A stretch of DNA of 64,000 nt from Octopus vulgaris. Taxonomy: Eukaryota. A model generated the notes under the pieces. That model did no database searches. It worked only from the letters and a program-made list of their open reading frames with translations, and was not told where the DNA came from. The position numbers were made by a program, and so were the translations under genes. Of the stretch, positions 37,617 through 50,789 are shown piece by piece; positions within the stretch are counted from its first letter, which is position 1; every line of letters begins with the position of its first letter. The stretch lies in NCBI GenBank assembly GCA_951406725.2, contig OX597818.1:128712001-128776000 (forward strand), read 5' to 3'.

Positions 37617-38168
37617 TATATAAGAATTTTTTGCGTAATAAGATAAAAAACCAAGGCTGTATAGATATTAGAGCATTTATAGATAGAAGGTCTTACAGGT
37701 GTTTCCAGGATATTAATTAATAATATCCCTTCATCGGAGACGGTGTGAGAGGAAAATTAAGTCTTAGTTAGTTTAGACGTGATACAAAATAGAGAGCAAG
37801 GTGGAGGAAAGAAAATAGATATAAGATATGTAGGGATATTGAAATTGTAGATCCATTTTTTAGGCAGAATGGTATATATGTAAGATTCCAATATCCTTTG
37901 AGTAAAATCCAAAAGTCCAACAGAGTTTAATATGAGTCCTTCCAAAGGACTCATATCTTGCATCTATTTTCTTTCCTCCACCTCACTCTCTATTTTGTAT
38001 CACATCTAAACTAACTATGACTTAACCATCCTCTCACACTGTCTCCGTTGAAGGGATATAATTAATAAATATCCTAGAAACAGCTGTAAGACGTTCTATC
38101 TATAAAAGCTCTAATATCTATAGAGCCTTGTTTTTTTTTTATCTTATTACGCAAAAAATTCTTATATA
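37617..38168. mobile_element. Palindromic Penelope-like element remnant: ~215-bp inverted arms, each carrying a hammerhead motif
   Basis: Arms 37617-37830 and 37952-38168 are reverse complements. Hammerhead-like motifs lie at 37690-37741 (-) and 38041-38092 (+). Confidence 0.7.
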
Positions 38169-38302
38169 CACACGCTGACATAGAACCAACGTTAAACCCT
38201 TTATTCACAATATTACCAAATCTAGAACTTAACTATGGTCTGTCTATAGCCCTTATTCAGTATTACCTGACACCTTTGGGTCTCAATGACACCATTATCT
38301 CT

Positions 38303-38356
<54 letters not shown>

Positions 38357-38644
38357 CATGTATATATATATATATATATATGGCATAAAAAACACCATCC
38401 GAGCGTGGCCGTTTGCCAGCCTCGTCTGGCACCTGTGTCGGTGGCACATAAAATCACCCACTACACTCTCGGAGTGGTTGGCGTTAGGAAGGGCATCCAG
38501 CTGTAGAAACACTGCCAGATCTGACTGGACTGGTGCAGCTTTCGGCTCCCCAGACCCCAGTTGAACCGTCCAACCCATGCTAGCATGGAAAGCGGACGTT
38601 AAATGATGATGATGATGATGATATATACATACATGTATATATAT

Positions 38645-38687
<43 letters not shown>

Positions 38688-39074
38688 CATACATATAAAA
38701 TTTTCAGGATCCAATAGAGTCAAGGTATTTAAATAGCAAAGGCACCAAGGCAGAGTAGGGGATAGCACACCTGTGCACTAACAATGTATACAGACACACA
38801 TGTACTTATTGAAGTAAAAACGGATTTGACTCTCCAGTTATGTACACATTCACAAGTACTGACCAAATACACAACGTGTATGCAATGTCACACAGCAGTA
38901 CACTTATGGCACGTATTCCACAGTCGACTGTAGTCTCAAGTGTCGTGTTTTTGTTTTATGCACACAGACACACACACATATATTATGTATTCATGTACGC
39001 ATGTGTGTGTTTGTGGGGAGGGTTTGTCTGCACATTTGTCTCAACATTATGTGACGCTTGTAAGTAAACATTGA

Positions 39075-40460
39075 GTTATGATCAATAAGTATCCGGACTT
39101 TTGCCATAGTAATGAAGATAAAGCATGCAGAATGAAGCTGCTTGGCACAGATTGACCTTGGCCTATGCTCTGCATGTGCACTAAGTTTTTCCAACTCACT
39201 TCTGCTGTTTACAGCAGTGCTTCGAAGGAACATGTGTAGCATGTGGTTGTTGCATTGACTATGATCATCGTCATCATTGTTCGACCGTGGTCGAGACAAT
39301 GGAATTTACCATGCTACGCCAGACTTCACGGTCCATCATAGCATTACGGAGGTCCTGTTGCTGGATGCCTGTATCCCTGGAGATTACATCAGGGTGGGAG
39401 AGTGTGCGCCCTCTGGTATTGCGAGTAGATGGCTTCCAGAGGAGAAGAGTAGAAATTGCCACGTTTTCAGCTCTATAACAATGTCCAGCAAACTGGACTC
39501 TCCTACCTTTCACAAGAGATGACACAGGTGGTAGTTTCCCATATATTTGCATTTTGGTTGGATGACGCTTCCACGAGAGATTTTGAGCTCTCATAAGGAG
39601 GCGAGTGTAGGTTCCATCCAACTGCCTCACAAGCTTCTTTGATAACATCCAGGTTTCTGAGCCATATAGTAGAATTGGTTCGACTGTGGCTTTGAAGATT
39701 TCAAGTTTGAAGTCTCTACTTAGATTTGATGACCAGATCTTATGCATGTCATTATAGGCTGACCAGGCCATACCCTTTCTAGTTAGAAAATCTTTTCCAG
39801 ATGATGATATGTATGACCCAAGATATTTGACTATGATAGAGAAAGTTGTCATGGTGATATCTGCCAAGAGGCCTATGCATATTTGCAGAAAGTGTATGGA
39901 GAGGAGTATATGGCCCACACACAAGTGTACAAGTGATTCAGATGTTTCCAAGATGGCTGAAAAAATGTTGATAGGGACAAACATTCTGGGAGATCCACAA
40001 CCAGCAGAAATGAGAAAAAACATCACAGATGTGCATGTAGCTGTGAGGGGAAATCGTCGAATCACCATCCGTGAGTTATCAGAGGATGTGCAAATTAGTT
40101 AGTGTTCAGTTCAGTCCATTATCTCTGAAGATTCAGAGATAATGGGAGCCCAACCTTCTCATTTTTTTATTGCATGGCTTAGGAAAACTGAAGGGTTGCT
40201 GCAATAAGTGTGTAAATCTGAGAGGGGAATATGTTGAATGGAATCAAAATTAACTGATCCTCTTGTATTTTCTTTTACCCAAATGGGTACTGAAAAGTTC
40301 CTTGCTTTAAGAGTATTGCTAAAGGCTTAGCTGGAGGTGCAACCTTCTGAGTTCTTTTACAGGGTTTAGAAAACCTGAAGGACTGCTGCAATAAGTGTGT
40401 AAATCTGAGAGGGGAATATGTTCAATAAAATCATTATTAACTGATTCACCTGTATTTTCT
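39075..40460 (+). mobile_element. Mariner remnants interrupted by the RTE insertion
   Basis: TIR-like tgatcaataagtatccggact; decayed N-terminal transposase (LQKVYGEE...SGRSTTS...NRRITIRELSEDVQIS); C-terminal ..NKCVNLRGEYV.. present twice (~40180-40240 and ~40365-40430). Confidence 0.75.
39266..39826 (-). mobile_element. 5'-truncated RTE-group LINE with 11-bp TSD
   Basis: KYLGSYI...ILLYGSETW...RRVQFAGHC...MMDREVWR*, (TGA)n tail. TTGACTATGAT occurs at 39255-39265 and 39827-39837. Confidence 0.9.
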
Positions 40461-42375
40461 AGTTAGTCTGACTGGTGATTACACTATTTTCCCTTCTATG
40501 ATGTTCTACCCTACTAGTCATATTATGTATATCTGTAGTGACTTTATGATAGTAAGTCTCCCTTTGACTAAATCACATACCTCCTAGAAACAATAAAATC
40601 ATTCTTACAATAACACCTGTAATATTGCAACTTATAAAACCTCTTCACTTTGAATACCTGTAACTGTCACCACTACTTCCATACCTGTAACCCCTTCTTT
40701 TCAAGTTACCTTAATCTTTTCCCTGCCTCTATTTTAATCCCCTGTCTCTTTATATGTAAGTTATATATATTTCTTATTATTTTCTATTAATTCTTATTTT
40801 GTTTTCTTATTTTGATATCCTTACTTATTAACCTTTTATCCCTTATAAATTGTTATTTTTCTTGTTCTTAAATTGATATTTTTTAGTTACTTAGGTCTAT
40901 GCAAGATACTTATACTATATTCATATAAGCGTATAAATATTTGTGTAAATGTATATTTGCACGTATATGTGTGTGTGCATGTATATACATATATAAAGAA
41001 AAAACCTCTTTGTATATGAATCTGCATGCATTATTTTACACTTTTTGCACAAACTTATATCAGCACATATTTTTCGAGTATACTCTTACTCTTTTACTTG
41101 TTGCAGTTTTTTGACTGCAGCCATGCTGGAGCACCGCCTTTAGTCGAGCAAATCGACCCCGGGACTTATTCTTTGTAAGCCCAGTACTTATTCTATCGGT
41201 CTCTTTTGCTGAACCACTAAGTGACAGGGACGTAAACACACCAGCATCGGTTGTCAAGCAATGCTAAGGGGACAAACACAGACACACAAACATACACACA
41301 CATACATATATATATATACATATATACGACAGGCTTCTTTCAGTTTCCATCTACCAAATCCACTCACAAGGCATTGGTCGGCCTGAGGCTATAGCAGAAA
41401 ACACTTGCCCAAGATGCCACGCAGTGGGACTGAACCCGGAACCATGTGGTTGGTAAGCAAGCTACTTATCACACAGCCACTCCTGCGCCTATATTCATAT
41501 AAGCGTATAAATATTTGTGTAAATGTATATTCGCACATATATGTGTGTGTGTGTGTGCATGTATATATATAAAGAAAAAACCTCTTTGTATATGTATCTG
41601 TATGCATGATTTTACACTTTTTACACTTTACACATACTTATATCAGCACATATTTTTCGAGTGTCTAAATTTTTTATACTTTAGATTTTATAATTTTTGT
41701 TTAAACATGTCTATGTATTACCATTATCTCAATATCCCTCTTCTGATTAATGGTTTAAAATTGAACATTCGAGTATGGTCGTTGCCAGTGCCGCCAGACT
41801 GGCTCCCATGCAGGTAGCACGTAAGAAACACCTTTTGAGCATAGTTGTTGCCAGATCCGCCTGACTGGCCCTCATGCCGGTGGCACATAAAAGCACCCTG
41901 TACACTCTCAGAGTGGCTGGCATTAGGAAGGGCATCCAGCTGTAGAAATTTTGCAAGATCAGATTGGAGCCTGGTGCAGCCATCTGGCTCACCAGTCCTC
42001 AGTCAAACCGTCCAACCCATGCCAGCATGGAAAGCGGACGTTAAATGACGATGATGATGATGATAGTATATATGTACACATATATTTCGTTCCCATTGAT
42101 TGCAAAGTCCCCTGTAAGCACACACATTGTATAGTGGATGTTGGGATGATATTTGAAAGCTGCATAGAAATAACAATATAAAAAAAAAAAACAGTCTCTT
42201 TCTGTGAAATAATGCTTTTTGTCTGTTTACTGTAACTATTGTGGCTAATGACAATAATAATGATGACAATAAAACTGACGGGATTAGCTATTATAGTCAG
42301 CAAAATTTCACCTCTACAATTTTTCAGCTGTCAGCATACTCTATGAACACCCTGTCATTACTGCTGGTGCTGTTA

Positions 42376-42993
42376 CCACCACAACCACCACCACCACCAC
42401 CACCACCACCACCACCACCACCACCACCACCACCACCACCACCACCACCACCACAACCACCACCACCACCACCACCACCACGACCACAACTACCACCACC
42501 ACCACCACCACCACCACTACTACCACCACCACCACCACCACCACCACTACCACCACCACCACCACCACCACAACTACCACCACCACCACCACCACAACTA
42601 CCACCACCACCACCACCACCACAACTACCACCACCACCACCACCACTACTACCACCACCACCACCACAACTACCACCACCACCACCACCACCACAACTAC
42701 CACCACCACCACCACCACAACTACCACCACCACCACCACCACCACCACAACCACCACCACCACCACTACTACCACCACCACCACCACAATTACCACCACC
42801 ACCACCACAACTACCACCACCACCACCACCACCACCACTACTACCACCACCACCACCACCACCACCACCACCACCACCACAACTACCACGACCACAACTA
42901 CCACCACCACCACCACCACCACCACCACCACCACCACAACCACCACCACCACCACCACCACAACTACTACCACCACCACCACCACCACTACTA
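42376..42993. repeat. Mosaic (CCA)n with CAA/CTA interruptions
   Basis: Directly visible; produces spurious poly-P/G/V ORFs. Confidence 0.95.
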
Positions 42994-44020
42994 CATGTAT
43001 ATGATTGAATAGCCTGTTTATGCCCATATACAAGATAGTGTAAAAACCATCTGCTGGTATACCCCATCAATGCATACATAGGAATAATTTCAAATATGAA
43101 TAGACAGATGGGTTTTTCAGTATCTTGAATATAGTCATGGACAGGCTATTCAGTTTGCCTCCAATTTGATTCAGGTATGTGATGTTGATAAGTCACAAAA
43201 ATGGTGAAACATCGATGTCCAGTGCTCCTGGATGGGATTTCAGGAGCAACAGACTTATGTATGCAGTAACTATATAATCACTCTCAAATTTGAGAAACAA
43301 ACACTCATAATTTTTTTCTTTTAACACATCAGTGCATGAGATTGATATCATGAAATTCCTCGAATTGAGCTCTATCATTTAAGCATAATTAAAATATAGT
43401 TTGTTTTTAAAATAAAAAGTTAATTATACTTAAATCCAATTTTTTGTCTTACTTATATATTTTTTAATATTTTAGCTCACACCTTTTTTTATACAAATTT
43501 TTGTTGCATGGGAACAAAACTATGAAATTCTTCATGCTTTCTTCTATCATTGAAGATTAGATAAATATATTTTGCTTTTAAAATAAAAAAGTTATGTAGA
43601 TCTAAATTTGATCGGTTGCATTACTTACTCTCCTTTAACATCGCTACAAATTTTGATCTAAACTTTTTTCTACTGGATCAAATCTCAATTTCTTAATGCC
43701 AAAATGTAGCTAGGGACTAGTCCTCTTCAAAAATGTTAACAGTTTTCAATTTGGTTAAGAACTGAATTAGCGACAAGCTCTGAAAAATGCTACATGTTAG
43801 TAAATTGCAGCCATAAGAATATTATTTAACTATTAACAGAGTTAAATTATATATATATAACTTAGATATGTTTCGACCAAAGATTGGTCCAGGCCATGTC
43901 TAACTTAATAGCACCACCTGATAGGATTAATATATATATATATATATATCATTTCATTTCATCTAGTTTCAGCTCATGAGCTGTGGCCATGCTGGGGCAC
44001 CGCCATTAACAATGTGTTAC

Positions 44021-44131
44021 GCTTACTGCACCTAGGTTTTCCAAGCGGTCACCCATCTAAGTACTAACTAGGCTCGACGTTGCTTAACTTCAGTGATCAG
44101 ACAAGAACCGGTGCTTTCAATGTGATATGGC

Positions 44132-44133
<2 letters not shown>
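44021..44133 (-). pseudogene. 5S rRNA-derived sequence (near full length, diverged)
   Basis: Reverse complement reads CGGCCATATCACATTGAAAGCACCGGTTCTTGTCTGATCACTGAAGTTAAGCAACGTCGAGCCTAGTTAGTACTTAGATGGGTGACCGCTTGGAAAACCTAGGTGCAGTAAGC. It lacks the first few nt and the oligo-T terminator. Confidence 0.9.
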
Positions 44134-44165
<32 letters not shown>

Positions 44166-44734
44166 CAAATTTATGGAAAACGAAAGAGGAAGACAGGTGA
44201 AGGTGCAACAAGCAGGTGTATTAGTTTGATGTTCGAGAAGAATGGAAAAGTCCTTGATGTTTCAAATCTATGCTCTTCAACAGAAAGGATTGAGAGGAAA
44301 AAATGGAGAGAGAACAAAAAAGAAATGTGTAGGGATTAACAGTTCAACATGATGATATATATACATATATGGCACGTCTGTGCCGGTGGCATGTAAAAAG
44401 CACCATCGAATCGTGGCCATTTGCCAGCCTCGTCTGGCACCTGCGCAGGTGGCACGTAAAAAGCACCCACTACACTCACGGAGTGGTTGGCGTTAGGAAG
44501 GGCATCCAGCTGTAGAAACACTGCCAGATCAGACTGGGCCTGGCACAGCCTTCTGGCTTCCCAGACCCCAGTTGAACCGTCCAATCCATGCTAGCATGGA
44601 AAACGGACGTTAAATGATGATGATATATATATACACACACACACATATATATATACATACACATATACATATATATATATATATATACATATATATATAC
44701 ACATACATACATTCATACATATATATATATACAA

Positions 44735-45016
44735 AGACCCCCTTCGGTCATGAATGACCATGGGATTGCACCTAGAAAGTTACCCTCCTAGACACAAGTC
44801 CGGGCAAGGTTGTTTATGGAAGACCAGCAGTCGCCCATGCATACCAGCCTCCCTCTCCACGCCACCAGTGTTATCCAAGGGAAAGACAAAGGTCGATACA
44901 GCTTAGTACCAGTGACGTCGCAACTCGTTTCTACAGCTGAGTGAACTGGAGCAACGTGAAATAAAGTGCCTTGCTCAAGAACACAACACACAGCCCGGTC
45001 CGGGATTCGAGCTCAC
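44735..45016 (-). mobile_element. 5'-truncated SINE with CORE-like central domain in (TA)n
   Basis: Minus strand has a B-box-like GAGCTCGAATCCC followed by GTGTTCTTGAGCAAGGCACTTTATTTCAC...CACTCAGCTGTA. Confidence 0.6.
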
Positions 45017-45120
45017 ATATATATATACATATACATATATATATATATAGTGTAATAAATAAAATATATGCATACATACAAACATATATGTACGTACCGA
45101 CATCTACATGTATTTATACA

Positions 45121-45176
<56 letters not shown>

Positions 45177-46124
45177 TAGATAGATACATACATACATACA
45201 TACATATAAATATAAGGATAGTAATATGAAGTTGGAAAATAACAGGCCTTAATAGCACATCACTATATTTGTTTCTGCACCAGACACCAGCTTTAAGATG
45301 CTGAGTTTTACATTTATATAGGATTATATAAGATTATTCCTTAGAAATACTATGAAATTGAATATTTAATTGTCTGGTAATTCTAAAGAGTTATCTTATA
45401 TAATGATATATAAATGTAAACTCATCAAGTAAATGCTGGTGTAGATATAAATGTTGTGAGTGTGGTATTTTCCGTTCTTCTGTGATATTATTCTTATATT
45501 AATCTTATACAATAGTGGAGTTCCACCTGTTTCTCCAGCCTTTGGAAATATCCTGCTGTAGAGTGACGCATGGTATATACTCTTAAATGTATGTTGTGAG
45601 GTTATTACCTGAATTATACTAAATATATGTGTGAGTGTGTGTGTTTGATATATATAATGTCTGTCTGTCTGTCTGTATGTCTGTCTGTCTGTATGTATGT
45701 ATGTATGTATGTATGTGTGTGTGTGCATGTTTGCATTAAATCCTTAAATCCTTTAAAATGTTTTAGCCCGAAGGCCGCAGCCATGCTGGGGCACCAAGTT
45801 TGTTTATATCCCCCATAACTTAGCGGTTCAGTAAATAGAGACCGATAGAATAAACACCTGGCATAAACCTTTCAAGGCCGTGCCCCTGTCTAGCTGCAGG
45901 GCAAAGTAAACAAAAACAAAAACTGGTAAGTTACCAACCAACACTATCATTTTGAAATATTTCCAATATTTCTCTTAAAGTAATCCATTTAGAACTCTCT
46001 CATAAGTTTTAAAGTTTTCTCTTCTTTTTAGAAAAAAAAAATAATAATAAACTTCCAAAGCTGTGCTCCAGTTTGGCCGCAGTCCATACTGTTATATGAA
46101 AAAAAAAAAAAAAAAAAAAAAAAA

Positions 46125-46355
46125 ATTCGCGTCGTCTGCACTGCAAGACGAGAATAACCCATATTAATTGGAATGTCCGATAACGAGGCTTACATAAGTA
46201 AATATGATCGACTAGTTTGTTCTTTTCGTTTCGACTTGGTGCATCCCACGATTTACAGAGAATGCATCATGTGAGGACGGATAGGTGTGTGCTCTTAATT
46301 ACACCCTGGGTACTTTACGCAAAGAAAACAAAACGGGTTGTCCACTATTGACAAA
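46125..46355 (+). promoter_or_regulatory. Candidate HPS5 promoter / non-coding first exon at the edge of a CpG-retaining region (~46.1-50.5 kb)
   Basis: CpG dinucleotides increase abruptly, and there is a consensus donor AAA|gtaagt at 46355/46356. The HPS5 ATG exon has an acceptor, so an upstream exon is required. Confidence 0.4.
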
Positions 46356-49239
46356 GTAAGTGTTTAAAGCGTATAAGAAAAAACGTAATCACTGTAATTG
46401 TTCGTTTTGCTTTAATTTATTTGTTATTTTATTTTCTTCTGCTTCTTTGATTAATTTATTTCCGTCCGTTTTAGTTTTCGCTACGATTTCTTTGGTATTC
46501 TAAGGGGTGTGTGTGTGTGTTTTCCACAACAGAACACTGTCTCGTTCTTTAAGTATTGTCGGAGAACACGTTATCTATTTTTCGCTTGTAAGAACCCGTT
46601 GTCATCATTAAACGTTGTCATCATCTCTTAGTATTTTCTATTTTCATTCATTGTATCAACCATGCGTACCCCCAACCCTTCCATCTCCAGGTGCGTGCGT
46701 GCGTGCATTATATACAGCACGTAGTTTTGGGTGTATAACGAAGAAATACTAAATACAAAATCTGTGCGCGCATGTATGTTATGTAAGAATATATATTTAT
46801 GTACACGCATTTGTAGTATGCACAAATATTTATGTATATTTATGTATGTATATACGCTGATTGTTATATATGGATGCATTTGCATCGTACATATATATAT
46901 ATATATAAAATTAATTAAGGGTAGAAATTGATATTTATCAATTAAAACCAGTGGTCTAGCATATTAAAAAAGAATCCGAAGATTAAAATATTTATATATA
47001 CCAATTAAGGACTTAACACGAAAAGTGGACAGTCAACATGCTAGATATAGACGTCAAATCGCCATTCTCCACAAAGATTATGTTCTCAAATCAAACTCAG
47101 CACAAAACCAAAGCAATAAACAAGTGAAAATATACGAAATAAAATAATTACCCATGTACTGATCAGTTTCGGTTATTATATATATATATATATATGCATA
47201 TGTGTATGTGTTTGTATAATACACATGCACCGTATCATCAACCTTCCAATAATTGTTTAATTACCAATTATTGTGTCTATGTAAAACAAAAAATATTAGC
47301 TCGTTTGAGGAAAGTACTGCTATCCCCTCCTTCTATATATACTTAATGAAACCTTTGTGTTAGGTGAAAAAAAAAAATTATAATTATTCCGACCGAGACA
47401 GTTGGGGCGTCAGATTAAATGTAAAATGCATTTTGTTAATTGTTGTTCTGTAGTCCTATAGCAGCCCTGATCATGAACAAATGCTTTCCAACCGTGATCA
47501 ATGTGTCTTAATTTCTTTCTTTTATATTAGGGCATAGTATCCTAAATTTCTATGAATTCTCTTATCCGAGGTGTATGCAAATTTTGTACTTTTATGTTTT
47601 TGGATCAATTTACCTATGGGTCGTCTTATTAATTGTTTTCTTCTTTCTTTCGGCATAACTACATAAATCGCTAAATATTAATACCAGTAATATAACAGTC
47701 AATTTTAAAATTCATAATAAATATTCATCTTTCGCTTGAAACTTTTAATTGTGAAAAGAAAAATTTGTTTACTAGTAAACAATTGCAATGGCTGATTGTA
47801 TAAGGTAAATTTCAGGTTTTCAGATTAAAAAAAAAATCAGGTTTGTGCCCTACAAAATCATCGTTGTTATTGTTTTGCTGTAGTGTTCTTCATTTAGGTT
47901 CATTCGAAATTAGGTTCGTCGAAAACGACTTGCAGGTGCTTGTTTAAAACCCACTTGTTAGCAGCATCGTTATGCAAATGTCTCTTGGATAATGGAGCTT
48001 GCATAGTCAAACACACACGCAATAATAGACTAGAGAAATCATAACAAAGGCGTGAGTTGGTTTAAGTATAGTATATAAATAAAGTAAGGAAAATATGCTA
48101 TCCTCAGTAATTTCTGTTTTATTTATAAATCGAGCTAAAGCTTCTCCTTTCTCTCTTCGCCATTCTATCTATCACAACTAATCGTTCTCTCCCTAATTAT
48201 ATTCCTCTCTCATCTCTGCATCCCTGCCGCTATCACTTGGCTCTTATGCTAAACATTATAGACCGACCAACGAATGATATACACAGACAGACGTGTGTGT
48301 GTGTATTACTCTCGAAGGAAAATAATGAAATCTAGAGAATGTACAAACAATGCCTTGTAGACGTGGATGCTTGGCAGGGACATCCCATCCGCCTGTACAC
48401 ACACACACACATTGATTGTCAAAGATGCGCGCAGTAGAATCGATTGCTTGATTCCTTTGTCTTATCGATGTATCCATGAATGGGTAAATTAGCTCTACTG
48501 TATTTTTTTTAAATAGTGCCTTGGAATCTACGCTTTTCGCTTACAAATGAACGAATATATTGTGTTGATTATATATTGTGAGACTTTACCCTTCTACAGA
48601 TAAATGAAATGTGGGCAATCTACAACTTGAAGCATTTAGCGAAGGCAGTGCTGGTTGCGCAACACGAACCACTGATGCCATTTTTTCGATATCAGCTATT
48701 ATGCAGCTACTAGCCACTCTTGTACGCTGGCACCATATAGACAGATAGACACACACTCACAGGCACACACACACACACACACACACAGATGCGCACACGC
48801 ACACACGCACTTGTAGATCCCCCCCCCCACACCTTGTTTTTAATTCAGCGTGTCGAATAATTTCAAATAACATGCTTGCTGTTACAACTGTAGCAGCATG
48901 GTGCTGTCTGTCGTAAACAAACTCATTGATACACATCTGAGATGACAGACTGGCTCCGTCAGTCAAAAGGTTTTCCTTTTTCTTTTGTGTTAATCGTAAA
49001 ATCGAAGGTTGAATGAATTGCATGGGAGGTATACAGTTTCGTTAGCGATGCCTGTAAACTAGACAAGCTGTTTTGAAAAAAGGAGATGTCTAAAATAACG
49101 CTTAACGCCTTTTTTTTTTTATTTTTTATTAATTATGAATCATCAACACGTAATACGATAATCGAAGACATTTTCATTTTATGTGTCGATTATGCATTCC
49201 ATATGTATCTCTCATTTTCCCGTCATTTTCAATAGACGT

Positions 49240-49302
<63 letters not shown>

Positions 49303-50789
49303 GTATTTAGTAAATAGTAGATATACGCTAATAATGAAATAAAGAAGAATTATGAAGATATAATTATATATAAAGCATAAACAAATGTGAATACCCAATA
49401 GATTGTTACTCTTAAGTTTCCTTATAAATAATAAATAAACTTTTAATCTATTATTCAGCTAACATTTCGAAAGTAGATTTTCCACATACAGATCATAGGA
49501 AGTAGTGTACCTGCCCCACCCTACTCCATACTTTCTACTACAGAGACCCTCGACCGCCGAGCTGCACTGTCTTTATATGCTCTCTGTATGGATACCCCGT
49601 TGATGGATACCTTTGATAACGAAAATTTAAGGTATGTCACGCTTGTTCCTTGCTTGAAATAGCAACCAACTTACAGCTGAGCAGCTTTAAAAAAAGTTGG
49701 GTGGCTTACGGGTGGAATTCTTTTGATCATAGTTTTTCTATGTTCAGGGCTGATCTGGTAAAATACGAGCAAGCGAGGGAGCCACTACACAGTCGCTGAA
49801 TCTGTTAGAAGTAGTAGACAATTCTTCCCTTTAAAAAACACCCTTAAAAAGGAAAGGACATTATTGGAGGATGTAGTCTCAGACTAACTTTGTCTCAAAA
49901 ATATGAGTTGGTCTGGAATAGAATGTTTTTGAGATCATAAGTCTACTGAATCAGAGATGACCTGGGACCAAAACACAATCTAGAGAAACATAAATAGTAC
50001 TCGTATTACTAATGAATTTGTTACAGGCCAATCAAGTTGGCATTTCAACTGTGGGTGTGTTTATTGCACTTATTACCTTCGTCTATCTCCATGGCATTCT
50101 GACAACTGTATAGTAGTCGCTATTTCTCTTTCGCCAGTTTCATCTCTCACCTGTTTGCGAACATGTGATGGCATCTTCTTTGATATAAATGTATGTTTGT
50201 TTTAGCGACACATTTTACAAAAAGTTGTTGAAATATAAAAAATGCACGCAGTCTACGAACTATATATGTTTAGGGTAAAAGTTACTTCCTCGTTCTGGGT
50301 CTGTGATTTACTTTGACAACATCGCCGTGTGACAGGACAGTTACTGATTGTAACCTTATTAACGTGCTATCTTTGAATTAGTCGTACTTTATTCTTTAGT
50401 TATTTATCTCCGATGAATCTTGCTGCTGTGTATTGAAATACTCTTGCACAATCGCATGGTATCAAATATCTCTCTCGTTAAATTACATAGTTGTTTAGCA
50501 CTATATCAGCTGTCAGATCAAGCAGAAGATCTAAGTAGTTCTAATCATAATTATTCCATTTTATTTATCTAAGACAACATTATCCAATCAAGAAGTCCTT
50601 CCTGTCGGATGTGGTTTGTGGGAGATATAGCTATCGTTTTTAGCAAGTCGGCACAATATGTAAACAGTCAAGCTTATGTATCCAACTATCTCTGTCATCA
50701 TAAACACTATCTCTACATATAGGTTTTTATTACATAATATGTTATTTTTAGAGTTGTGGTGATAGTGTTGATGGTTGGTGGATGGCACT

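Noticed and set aside
39274-40068. 264-aa ORF as a single gene
   Set aside because: Chimera of antisense mariner sequence and a truncated RTE; the junction is marked by a TSD.
42241-43079. 255-aa poly-proline (extensin/formin-like) ORF and antisense poly-G/poly-V ORFs
   Set aside because: Pure (CCA)n mosaic open in several frames; not credible as a gene.
45396-45728. Possible minus-strand exon/ORF near the HPS5 promoter
   Set aside because: The N-terminal half is microsatellite and the remainder has no recognisable motif or partner exons.
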